39,274 nucleotides of DNA from assembly GCA_035290625.1 (NCBI GenBank), contig DATDTY010000068.1:1-39274 (forward strand), written 5' to 3'. The notes beneath the pieces are model-generated. The model searched no databases and was not told where the DNA came from. It saw only the letters and a list, made by a program, of their open reading frames with translations. Shown here in pieces: positions 18,285 through 27,112 of this stretch. The position numbers and the translations under genes were made by a program. Position 1 is the stretch's first letter, and every line of letters begins with the position of its first letter. This DNA is from Candidatus Nanoarchaeia archaeon. GTDB taxonomy: Archaea > Nanobdellota > Nanobdellia > Woesearchaeales > DATDTY01.

Positions 18285-18394
18285 GCTAAACGGGGCTTCT
18301 CTGGCTCTTTTAAAGGTTTTGTTTTTTGACGGCGCATGGCACTTGTGAAGCAGCATCCAACAATTTTATATACTTCCGGCAGCTGGAGAAGGAT

Positions 18395-19486
18395 ATGCCC
18401 ACTGCCTGCATCATTGACGGATTCAGCGGATGCATGCTGAACAGCTGGGATTCGCAGCTTTTCCATAAGTTCTTTGCGATGAATAACTGGAAGGTTGTTT
18501 CTGACTGGAAGGATGCTGATCTTGTTCTGCTGAATACCTGCGCTTTTGTGAAGAGCGTTGAGGACAAGGTTGTGCAGAGGATTATTGAGATCAAGGCTGA
18601 ATTAAGACAAAACCAGAGGATGGTTGTTGCTGGCTGCTTTCCAAAAATCAATGATGAAAGGCTGAGAGAGATCTTTGAAGGAGTCAGTTTTGGGCCAAGA
18701 GAAAACACACAACTGAATAAGATTATTGATGCCCAGGTTAAGATTGAAGATGTCAGGATAAATCGATTGGAAGAGCAGTACCTGAACGGCGCGCCGAGCT
18801 CAAGATTCTACATCAAGATTGAAGATGGATGTTTGGGGAACTGCAGCTTCTGCGCGATTAAGGCTGCGAAAGGGAACCTGAAGAGCATTGAGCCTGAAAG
18901 GATTCTGGAGCAGTTCAGGAAAGGCAGGGAGGTTGGGTATAAGGAATTTGTTTTGCTTGGGGATGATATCGGGTGCTATGGAAGGGATATCAGGACAAAT
19001 CTGGTTGAATTGCTGAAGAGGATTGTCCAGCAAGACGGGGAATTTTACCTTTTCCTTCATTTTGTCCAGCCGAACTGGTTTCTCGATATGATTGATGGGT
19101 TTAGGGACGTGTTTGCAACAGGCAAGGTTACGGTGCTCAATATTCCGATACAATCAGGGAATGACCGGGTATTGAGGCTGATGCGGAGGCCGTATTCCAT
19201 GAAAGAGGTTCTGCCAGTGATGCAGAAGATTAAGGCGGAGTTTCCCTCTGTACTCCTTCAGACACACGTCATTGTTGGTTTTCCCGGCGAGACCTATGCA
19301 GAGTTCCTGGATAGCCTTGAAGCTGCAAAATATTTTGATGTTGTGAAGTTCTTTGGATTTTCTGAAAGGCCAGGAAGGAAGAGCGTCCTGAGTTCAGAGG
19401 CAAAGCTGCACCGGCAGGCTGCATTTGGGCTGATTGAGGGGCAGATTGAAGAGGGGAAGGGGACTTATTTGATTGTGCAGGGTTAG
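18395..19486 (+). CDS. MiaB/RimO-family radical SAM methylthiotransferase-like protein (no TRAM domain)
   Basis: MTTase N-terminal Cys motifs GCMLN..DS, NTCAF, VAGC; CxxxCxxC (CLGNCSFC); PIQSG and IVGFPGET. Start at ATG 18395 after ttttatata. Confidence 0.9.
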   Translation: MPTACIIDGFSGCMLNSWDSQLFHKFFAMNNWKVVSDWKDADLVLLNTCAFVKSVEDKVVQRIIEIKAELRQNQRMVVAGCFPKINDERLREIFEGVSFGPRENTQLNKIIDAQVKIEDVRINRLEEQYLNGAPSSRFYIKIEDGCLGNCSFCAIKAAKGNLKSIEPERILEQFRKGREVGYKEFVLLGDDIGCYGRDIRTNLVELLKRIVQQDGEFYLFLHFVQPNWFLDMIDGFRDVFATGKVTVLNIPIQSGNDRVLRLMRRPYSMKEVLPVMQKIKAEFPSVLLQTHVIVGFPGETYAEFLDSLEAAKYFDVVKFFGFSERPGRKSVLSSEAKLHRQAAFGLIEGQIEEGKGTYLIVQG

Positions 19487-19517
19487 GTTTAAATAGGATT
19501 GCACACTTTCTGCAGCC

Positions 19518-19982
19518 ATGACAGACATCCAGAAGGCCTATGAGGGGCTGAGGAAGAGGCATCCTGAGCTGCCACTCTTCTCAGAAGTTGATTCGTTGTT
19601 TGAGATCTCTAACATGGAGAAGGAGAGATTTCTGCTCAGGTCAATCCGCCGGTCTATCCTCGAGGAGATCGAATATCTGCTGCACAGCATGGAGCCGGTT
19701 TTCCAGCCTGAGAACTCTGTTGCAGGGATGCACGAGTGCAGATTTTTGCAGGAGGATGAGAAGCAGCGTTTTTTTGACCTCTACAGAAAACTTGCAGCAC
19801 TGCATCGGAAAGGGATTGCTGCTGCGCTGAGGTATCAGGAAGATGAAGAGGCTGCATTTATCGCATCAGTATGCCGGGTGTGGAAGCCGCTGGCTGCAGA
19901 TGTCGCCACCTACTTGGCAAAGATTGCTGGCGTATGGGAGAGAGAATCGGAATCTGAAGAAAAAGCAGGGTATTTTGGATGA
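19518..19982 (+). CDS. Hypothetical helical protein
   Basis: 154-aa ORF, TATA tttaaata upstream, ATGA overlap with adk. Confidence 0.8.
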   Translation: MTDIQKAYEGLRKRHPELPLFSEVDSLFEISNMEKERFLLRSIRRSILEEIEYLLHSMEPVFQPENSVAGMHECRFLQEDEKQRFFDLYRKLAALHRKGIAAALRYQEDEEAAFIASVCRVWKPLAADVATYLAKIAGVWERESESEEKAGYFG

Positions 19983-20605
19983 AGATTGTTGTGATGGGGC
20001 CCCAGGGCTCTGGAAAAGGAACGCAAGCGGAGAGAATTGTAAAAGAGTATAAAATCCCCCATATCTCCACAGGGGATATTCTCAGGAAGAATATTGCTGA
20101 TAAGACCCCTCTTGGAAAGACTGCAAAGTTGCATATTGACAAAGGAGAGCTTGTTCCTGACGCTGTAGTCAATGATATGGTACAGGAAAGGCTCGGCAAG
20201 AAGGACTGCAAAAAAGGATATCTGCTTGACGGCTATCCGAGAACATTGAACCAGGCAAAGGCATTGGAGAGGTATGACAAGGTGGAAAAGGTGTTTTTGC
20301 TTGAGGTTCCTGACGAGGTTTCTGTCAGGCGATTAAGTGCCAGAAGGCAGTGCTCAACGTGCGGCAAGATATTCGGGATCGATATCCCTCCGAAGAGGGA
20401 GGGAGTATGCGACAGCTGCAAAGGCAGATTATTCCAGAGGGATGATGATATGCCTGAGAAAATCAATACCCGGCTCAAGGAATACCACAAGGAAACAGAG
20501 CCTTTGGTTGGGTTCTATGGAAAAAGGATTGTTAGGCTGGATGGAACCAAGCCGATTGATGCTGTGTTTAAGGAGATTGCCAAGGTTTTGGAGGGATTGA
20601 GGTGA
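19979..20605 (+). CDS. adk: Adenylate kinase (long type, Zn-binding LID)
   Basis: GPQGSGKGTQA P-loop, HISTGDILR, LLDGYPRT, LID CxxC...CxxC, QRDDD. Confidence 0.97.
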   Translation: MKIVVMGPQGSGKGTQAERIVKEYKIPHISTGDILRKNIADKTPLGKTAKLHIDKGELVPDAVVNDMVQERLGKKDCKKGYLLDGYPRTLNQAKALERYDKVEKVFLLEVPDEVSVRRLSARRQCSTCGKIFGIDIPPKREGVCDSCKGRLFQRDDDMPEKINTRLKEYHKETEPLVGFYGKRIVRLDGTKPIDAVFKEIAKVLEGLR

Positions 20606-20689
20606 GGGGAGCGAAGTGCTATCTTGCAAACGAATTGGGTTTTTCTGAGACAGGAAGGTATGTTCTGGATACGTTGTTGAGATAATCTT

Positions 20690-21241
20690 TTACCCTTTAT
20701 CTCCTTTAAGCAACTCTTCCGGCACCTTAAGGGTTCCTTCTGAAAAAACAATATCTTTGCACTGGGAAATGGCTTCCTTGCATATGGCCATCATCTTATC
20801 ATAATTTTGCTCGATTTCCTTAATTTCAATAGATGTGCTGTATCTTGCTTTTTCCCTCTCATCAACATCTGACTGTCCTTCCTTTTCCCTATAAACCGTT
20901 ATTCTCTTAATAAAATCAGGATCATAGCTTATAATGGATTGATCTTTTACATATTCCAAGAAGAGCGCTGTGCATCTTTGATTTCTGCTCTCGACTCCGA
21001 ATTTGGACAAGATGGCTAATGCACAATAATAAAGGGTATAAAACCATTCTTCAGGCAGTTTGTAATCAAATCCTTGTTCCTTGTATAATGTACATAGCTC
21101 CAGATTCTTTTTTGCTTTTGTTATATATCCCTCTGCTTCTTTTAAGCTTGGTTTGATTGCCAGAAGACCTTTATGCTTCTTCCATTTTTTCTCATCTCTA
21201 AGAGCAGATGCAAAGCAAGCTCTCAAATTTTCCAAAGTCAT
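20690..21241 (-). CDS. HEPN-domain protein (toxin-like partner)
   Basis: KAKKNL...FYTLYYCALAIL...G..SRNQRCT...EREKARYS is a HEPN-type helical pattern; ATGA-coupled to the upstream MNT gene. Confidence 0.8.
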   Translation of the reverse strand: MTLENLRACFASALRDEKKWKKHKGLLAIKPSLKEAEGYITKAKKNLELCTLYKEQGFDYKLPEEWFYTLYYCALAILSKFGVESRNQRCTALFLEYVKDQSIISYDPDFIKRITVYREKEGQSDVDEREKARYSTSIEIKEIEQNYDKMMAICKEAISQCKDIVFSEGTLKVPEELLKGDKG

Positions 21242-21828
21242 TCTGACAGCGCCTTTACAAATTTGATAAAAGTCTCCTGTCCAAACAGGACAATGCCTTT
21301 TTTTACAGCATCTAGGTATGCCTTGTTTTGTTCTTTCAATTCTTTCTTAAATTCTTTTTGCGTCAGATTGATTGAATGTATTTTTTTGCTTTGTGTTTCC
21401 TGCATCTTAAACACCACATCATTAACTTTACCAAGATTCTTTTCCTTGGCAATTCCGATTATATCAATATCATTTGCTTCTTTGCCGTAGAGTATGCTTC
21501 CATAGAGTATCAAAAACTCGACCTTTTGCTGCAAGCTTGAAAAGTCATACAGCCATCTTTTGTATTTTAAAGTTTCTTGGGTCAAGGAGAGCGCCAAAGT
21601 TTTCTCTGTCAAGATATTGCCCCAGTTCAGTTTTATTGTGCTTGTGCTTGTTTTTCCGCTCCCAACAGGCTCGATAAGTATCAGACTGTCCTTTTCAAGC
21701 TTTTTGAGAATTTTCCATGTGCCCCACCTGCTCATCTTTAGCTCTTTTGCTAAAGACGTGGCAGTATGCCTGCTAAAATCCTTCAGCAAGATATTCATAA
21801 TTTTTTGTGATTTGCTCATTATCTTCAT
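21238..21828 (-). CDS. HTH-nucleotidyltransferase (MNT antitoxin-like)
   Basis: N-terminal wHTH (TATSLAKELKMSRWGTWKILKKLE), then ILYGS...ANDIDI Pol-beta-type NTase motif. Confidence 0.88.
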   Translation of the reverse strand: MKIMSKSQKIMNILLKDFSRHTATSLAKELKMSRWGTWKILKKLEKDSLILIEPVGSGKTSTSTIKLNWGNILTEKTLALSLTQETLKYKRWLYDFSSLQQKVEFLILYGSILYGKEANDIDIIGIAKEKNLGKVNDVVFKMQETQSKKIHSINLTQKEFKKELKEQNKAYLDAVKKGIVLFGQETFIKFVKALSE

Positions 21829-21830
21829 TT

Positions 21831-21870
21831 TGTTGATAGTTGTCAACAGATGGTTGATAGGATATATAAA
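21831..21870 (-). promoter_or_regulatory. TATA box and probable autoregulatory operator of the MNT-HEPN pair
   Basis: Inverted repeat tgttga-tagttg-tcaaca (21831-21848), second gttgatag (21853-21860), TATA TTTATATA on the minus strand (21863-21870). Confidence 0.6.
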
Positions 21871-21885
21871 CCTTCCTATTTTGAA

Positions 21886-22947
21886 TTAAGAAAAAAGGTA
21901 TCTAATAAGCACGGTTGCATAAGCTCCTTTTGGCAGGGAGAATTCAAGTTTTACGGTTTCTTTTGAATCATGCAGTATCTTGAAGCCTGTACAGGTTTCG
22001 AATGCGTTTCTTTCCGTGCCTTCAGAGCTGAGCTCAGGGAGCTGGGGGATGATGAAGTCTCTTGTGGTTAGGTTTTCTTTTTTTAGGATGGGATTAATGA
22101 GACTTTCATTGGTGCCAAAGCCAATCAAGGGCAGTTTTTTATTCTTTACATTTTTTGATTTTGATTTGTTTTCTATTGATCTGCATTTTTTTGGCATATG
22201 TTCTATTAATTTTTCTTTTTTTGGTTTATTCTCCATTGATTTAGGTTTAATTGAGGCTTCTTCTGTTGGATCCCTTTTAATTGAGTCTTTTAATAATTCA
22301 TTAAATAGCTTAGACTGGTAGGCATGGATGAATAGTCTTAATATTTTTGAGGGCATCTTCCTTAGGCAGCCTATTGCATCTGAGGGCTGGGTTTCAAAGT
22401 GCTCTCTCATCTTCTTTTCATAGCTTCCTTTGTGCTTCAGGAGAAGAGTTACCGCTTTGCTAAACTCTTGTTTTACTATGCACTTACCTATCTCTGCGTT
22501 GTCATTTGAGAATCTTTGCTCTCCGAATACGTTCGGGAAGACTATTGTTGCGTTTCTTGTATTTTTAAGGAATACTTTGTGCTCTTCAGGGGTTATCTCC
22601 CTTATGGTAATCTCAAACTGGTTTCCTTCGTGGTCTCCTAAGGAGATGGGCTCATGTAAGGAGCCTTTGTATTCTATCTTTAGGTTAGCATCATCAATGT
22701 CTCTTGCTTTCTTTCCTTTGATCGAGATATACTGTTCGGTTCTTGCTCTTTTGTCCTTGTTTCCTGCATAGCCAAAGCTGGATTCGGGGAGATTGAGGAT
22801 CCTGGAGAGCCTTGAGATGGCTTCGGGTGTTGAACGGTTGGTCTTGGAGAGGAGGTAGATATGGTAATTTCCGCCTTTTTCCAGGATGCCCTCTATTGGA
22901 AATATCTCCTTTACGATGAAGTCTTCAGGGGATTCTTTAAGCTTCAT
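21886..22947 (-). CDS. truD: tRNA pseudouridine(13) synthase TruD
   Basis: LKESPEDFIVKE, GYAGNKDKRARTEQ, GNQFEI, NVFGEQRF, AYQSKLFN, FSLPKGAYAT. Confidence 0.96.
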   Translation of the reverse strand: MKLKESPEDFIVKEIFPIEGILEKGGNYHIYLLSKTNRSTPEAISRLSRILNLPESSFGYAGNKDKRARTEQYISIKGKKARDIDDANLKIEYKGSLHEPISLGDHEGNQFEITIREITPEEHKVFLKNTRNATIVFPNVFGEQRFSNDNAEIGKCIVKQEFSKAVTLLLKHKGSYEKKMREHFETQPSDAIGCLRKMPSKILRLFIHAYQSKLFNELLKDSIKRDPTEEASIKPKSMENKPKKEKLIEHMPKKCRSIENKSKSKNVKNKKLPLIGFGTNESLINPILKKENLTTRDFIIPQLPELSSEGTERNAFETCTGFKILHDSKETVKLEFSLPKGAYATVLIRYLFS

Positions 22948-22999
22948 AGAGCCCGGGGATAAAAAGGCTTATAAAAAGGTTGAGGCTTTGCTCTGATGT

Positions 23000-23118
23000 G
23001 CGCCTGTAGCTCAGTCTGGATACCGGAAAAACTCCAGCTTTTCGGGATTGGCCGGTAGGACAAATAGAGCGAAAGGTTCCTAACCTTTAGGTCGGGGGTT
23101 CAAATCCTCCCAGGCGCG
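23000..23118 (+). tRNA. tRNA-Arg(CCU) with 44-nt D-loop intron (23020-23063)
   Basis: Acceptor GCGCCTG/CAGGCGC, D stem GCTC/GAGC, anticodon arm AAAGG-TTCCTAA-CCTTT, T arm GGGGG-TTCAAAT-CCTCC. The intron forms a BHB (GTCT/GGAC helix, GGA and AAA bulges, TACCGG/CCGGTA). Confidence 0.95.
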
Positions 23119-23161
23119 CTTCACAGTTAATTATAAAAGCTCCGAGTTTGTAATCTATTCC

Positions 23162-24259
23162 ATGTTCTCTCCAATCTACATCAGCGAAGGGCTTCGGATG
23201 TTCAGAAGGAAGCTGCGGGTCCAGGGAAGAGGATTTAAGCAGTATCCTGGAGATGCAGCGGACATTTGCAGGCAGATCATTGAGGACTGCTGGAATGGAA
23301 GATATTTCCAGACTTCAACAGGCCACTTCTGCGAGTTCTGGGTAAGGGATTTCAGCTGGTGCTGCAGGCCATTGCTTCGGCTGGGGTATAAGGAAGAAGT
23401 CAGGAAGACATTGGAGTACGCTCTGGGGATATATTCAAGGTGTGGAAGGGTGACTACTACGATATCTCCCAGAGGCGGGCCATTTGATTTTCCTAATTTC
23501 TCTCCTGATTCTTTGGCTTCTTTGATTCTTTGCTTAAATCAGGCTAAAGCTAAATCATTGATTTCTGGATACAAGGATTTTCTCAATAAAAAGATTTCTG
23601 AGTATGAGGAGAAGGTTTTGGACAGGGAAACAGGGCTTGTTAGACAAGGAATTCCTTTCTCTTCCATAAAGGATCATGCCAGGAGGAGCTCTTCATGCTA
23701 TAATAATGTCATGCTTGCGATGCTTGCAAGGGAGATTAAGAAAACTTCATTGGATAACCCCTTCAGGGGATTTAATTTTAAGAAGAGGGTAAAGGAGGAG
23801 TTCTGGAATGGGGACTATTTTTATGATGATATGGAGAAACTGCCTGTTGTGACGGGGGATTCGAATGTTTTTCCATTCTGGACAGGAATTTTTACTGAAA
23901 AGGAGATGATGAGACGTGCATTCAGGGCAATTGAAGAAGTAGGTTTGGATAAGCCTTTTCCTCTACGATATACCTGTAAGAGGTACAAGAGGCAGAGAAT
24001 GCTTATCTATGAAATTCTTGCACGGAATTATGAGAGGACGACAATATGGAATCATATAGGGCTTATGTATGTTTCTTTGCTGAAACAGGTTGATAGGAAG
24101 AGACACAGGAAGAGCATTGAGGATTATAAGGACGTGATAGGGAAACATAAAACATTCCTTGAGGTGTATAATCCTGCAGGGAAGCCTTATAAATCACTGG
24201 TTTACACCTGTGATGAAGGGATACTGTGGAGCAGTATGCTTCTGGAGATGTTGAGATGA
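23162..24259 (+). CDS. Glycoside hydrolase-like protein, (alpha/alpha)6 six-hairpin type
   Basis: FWVRDFS, aromatic-rich helices, FWNGDYFYD, TIW, FLEVY resemble amylo-alpha-1,6-glucosidase/invertase-like folds; exact family uncertain. Confidence 0.7.
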   Translation: MFSPIYISEGLRMFRRKLRVQGRGFKQYPGDAADICRQIIEDCWNGRYFQTSTGHFCEFWVRDFSWCCRPLLRLGYKEEVRKTLEYALGIYSRCGRVTTTISPRGGPFDFPNFSPDSLASLILCLNQAKAKSLISGYKDFLNKKISEYEEKVLDRETGLVRQGIPFSSIKDHARRSSSCYNNVMLAMLAREIKKTSLDNPFRGFNFKKRVKEEFWNGDYFYDDMEKLPVVTGDSNVFPFWTGIFTEKEMMRRAFRAIEEVGLDKPFPLRYTCKRYKRQRMLIYEILARNYERTTIWNHIGLMYVSLLKQVDRKRHRKSIEDYKDVIGKHKTFLEVYNPAGKPYKSLVYTCDEGILWSSMLLEMLR

Positions 24260-24960
24260 TGTTTTCTATCATTATTCCAACCTTGAATGAAGAGAGATAC
24301 CTTCCAAGGCTGTTGGGATCAATCAGGAACCAAAGATTCAGGGATTACGAGATCATTGTAGCTGATGCACATTCCAAAGATAAGACTAGGGATATTGCAA
24401 GGAGATTTGGATGCAGAATTGTGAATGGAGGGATTTCTTCCTTAGGAAGGAATAACGGAGCAAAGATTGCAAAGGGAGAGTATTTCCTCTTCCTTGATGC
24501 TGACGGGATGATTGCTGACAAAAGGTTTCTGGAGAAACTTGTAGATGTTATTAACAGAAGAAATGTGGAAGTAGGGTCTTGCTTGGCATTGCCTATTCAT
24601 GGGAGCATACTCGATAAGATTCTCCACATTAGCGCAAATGCCTATATGAGGATTGCGCAATGGACCAAGCCACTTGTTTGGGGACCCTGCATGTTTAGCT
24701 CAAAACAGCTGTTCGATAAGGTCAAGGGGTTCAACCAGAATCTGAGATTTGGAGAGGATCTTGATTTCGGCTATCGGGCTGCGAAACATGGTAAGTATAG
24801 GGCGATTCCTATATATTTTGGGGTTTCTCTGAGGAAGTTTAAGAAGGATGGGTATCTACGAACTATCTCTAACTATATCAATATAGGAATCCGTTATTCT
24901 CTTTTCACCAAGGTGGGCCAAAACCGCGTGAAGTATAGGTTTTATTCAGAGAAGAAGTAA
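24256..24960 (+). CDS. Glycosyltransferase family 2
   Basis: SIIIPTLNEE, EIIVADAHSKDKT, GRNNGA, FLDAD, GEDLD; ATGA overlap with the upstream gene. Confidence 0.95.
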   Translation: MMFSIIIPTLNEERYLPRLLGSIRNQRFRDYEIIVADAHSKDKTRDIARRFGCRIVNGGISSLGRNNGAKIAKGEYFLFLDADGMIADKRFLEKLVDVINRRNVEVGSCLALPIHGSILDKILHISANAYMRIAQWTKPLVWGPCMFSSKQLFDKVKGFNQNLRFGEDLDFGYRAAKHGKYRAIPIYFGVSLRKFKKDGYLRTISNYINIGIRYSLFTKVGQNRVKYRFYSEKK

Positions 24961-24966
24961 CGTGGT

Positions 24967-25806
24967 TCATCTGAGGAGCACAGAGTCAAATAGACGGTAC
25001 ATTGTTCGCAGAATTAGGTGGGTAAGTATTTTCTGTTTGTTGCAGCCCTTTCCATAACCAAAGTTTTTGAGCGGCCTTAACATTGAGTATCTTCCTGCAT
25101 TATGCACTATTGGGATTTTCTGGCCATTCTGGAGGTAGAGAACGCCCTCTTTTATTGTAAATTTAGCATCTTTAGCATCTAATGTGCTGATGATGAAGTT
25201 ATATTTAGGATTAAGCTCTTTGAATCCGTCTCTTTGGAGGACGTAATTAATAATTATCTGATCAGGTCCGAATCTGCCTTTGTCTTCTATGAGAGACACA
25301 ATTTCATTGCAGAGACCTATGAACTTGTATGATGGGCCAAGAAGAACTCCTGCATTGACTATCTTTTTTCCATGGAGGCACTCTTTCATTTTACTTGATA
25401 CCTTCCTGCTAAAGCAGGTTTTAAGGAAATAGGATTTGTACAGCTTGTTTGTGCCTTCATATGCTGCTCTGAATGCCCCCGTATCTTCTGAAAAAATGGA
25501 GCTTATGCCATCCTGAAAGATAATATCCCCTCCGTCAACAGACAATACCTGGTCGTACTCTTTTCTCTTGAGAATAATCGCCATTTCCCGCCACCTGATA
25601 TTGACTATGGCGCCGTCCTTCTTTGCCTTATGCACGATAACATTATTACGTTTCAACTCAGAAACTTGTATTTCAGTCAACCCATAATCTAAAACGATGA
25701 CATCTGTGTTTGTCAAGTCAACATTATCTTTTAGGGATCTCAACCAGTGTGTTACCAGAAAATCTCCGTATTTCTCATCAGACGATGTAAAGATAACATT
25801 TTTCAT
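24967..25806 (-). CDS. GT-A-like glycosyltransferase (nucleotide-diphospho-sugar transferase-like)
   Basis: VDGGDIIFQ DxD-like motif, NAGVLLG, DQIIIN, IVHNAG. Confidence 0.7.
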   Translation of the reverse strand: MKNVIFTSSDEKYGDFLVTHWLRSLKDNVDLTNTDVIVLDYGLTEIQVSELKRNNVIVHKAKKDGAIVNIRWREMAIILKRKEYDQVLSVDGGDIIFQDGISSIFSEDTGAFRAAYEGTNKLYKSYFLKTCFSRKVSSKMKECLHGKKIVNAGVLLGPSYKFIGLCNEIVSLIEDKGRFGPDQIIINYVLQRDGFKELNPKYNFIISTLDAKDAKFTIKEGVLYLQNGQKIPIVHNAGRYSMLRPLKNFGYGKGCNKQKILTHLILRTMYRLFDSVLLR

Positions 25807-25978
25807 AGCAATACCTTATCTTTTACGCTATTCTCCTCAGGTTTCGAGATCAAATAAAAATCCCAACAGCTGCAAGCGACGAGGCATCATAAACAAATGA
25901 TTTTTTTATGATTTTCGATTGATGGCTAATGCATGCCTTCCTATACGTGTTTTCCATAAATGTTAAGACTTTCACTCT

Positions 25979-27112
25979 TTATTCTTTGTATATTTTTTCC
26001 AGCTGGCGTATTGTGTTCTCTATCGCGTACTTCTTCACTGCAATTAATGAGCTTTTCTCCATTTTCTTCCTCAGCTTTGTACCTTTGAGTATTCTTGTGA
26101 TTCGGTCTGCCAGCATTCGGGGGTTGTTGGACGGGGCTATGAAGCCGTTGGAATCGTCTTTAACAATATCAGGAATTGCTCCTGCATTCACCCCCACGAT
26201 GGGCAGACCGCAGGCCATTGCCTCGAGAACAACAAGTCCTTCAGTCTCTATGGGAGACGCTGTTGCAAAGAGGGCTGCTGAGGAGTAGAGCTTTGGCAGT
26301 TTGTTGTGGGGAACCGATCCTAGGAACTTAATGTTCTTTACGTACTTGGCAAAGTCTTGGAGATACTTTTCCTGAGGCCCTGATCCTGCGATGACGAGCG
26401 TTGTATCTGAGGAGGTTTCCTGGATAGTCTTGAATGCTTCTATAAGGATATCAATTCTCTTTTCATAGCTGAGCCTGCCCACATGGAGTATTGTTCTTCT
26501 CTTTTTGTTTACCTTTCTCGGATAGAACAATGTTGTGTCCACTCCATTGGAGACTACACGGATTGGAGCAGTGATTCCGTGTCGTTTGAGCTCTTTCTTC
26601 ATCGCATTGGAAGGTGTTATTACTGTGTTGCACCTGTTGTAGAAGTGTTTTGTGTAGTTCCACGTAATTGATTTGGCAAATGGAAATTTGGACAGCTTTG
26701 CGTTTTTTATCGGCATCTTTACATGGTCAAGAAATTCTGGAAGAAGCGTATTATATGTCCCAATGACAGGTATGCCTTTGATTTTTCCGTATGCGAGACC
26801 CTCCCAGCCGAGGAAGGATGGCATGTGGCAATGTATGATGTCTGGCTTGAAGGCTGCAAGCACTTTAAGGCTTTGTGTTGAGGGCACGCCTATTGGGAAA
26901 TCAGGATATCTGAGGATGTCAATGCTTGGGAGATATGTGATCCTCATTTTAGGGATGGTTGTTCTTTTCTTTGCTGTTGTGAATATCATTACTTCATGGT
27001 CTTTTTTAGCGAGATACTTTGCTGCATTGAGAATTGATGTAACCACCCCATTCTGCGAAGGCAGAAATGTGTCTGTGAAGAATGCTATCCTCAGTTTAGG
27101 AGCTTTTGCAAT
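25979..27112 (-). CDS. Glycosyltransferase family 4 (GT-B); start codon non-canonical or uncertain
   Basis: LRIAFFTDTFLPSQNGVVTS lies upstream of the ORF-track start; VGRLSYEK and ETEGLVVLEAMACG motifs present. Confidence 0.92.
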   Translation of the reverse strand: MAKAPKLRIAFFTDTFLPSQNGVVTSILNAAKYLAKKDHEVMIFTTAKKRTTIPKMRITYLPSIDILRYPDFPIGVPSTQSLKVLAAFKPDIIHCHMPSFLGWEGLAYGKIKGIPVIGTYNTLLPEFLDHVKMPIKNAKLSKFPFAKSITWNYTKHFYNRCNTVITPSNAMKKELKRHGITAPIRVVSNGVDTTLFYPRKVNKKRRTILHVGRLSYEKRIDILIEAFKTIQETSSDTTLVIAGSGPQEKYLQDFAKYVKNIKFLGSVPHNKLPKLYSSAALFATASPIETEGLVVLEAMACGLPIVGVNAGAIPDIVKDDSNGFIAPSNNPRMLADRITRILKGTKLRKKMEKSSLIAVKKYAIENTIRQLEKIYKE

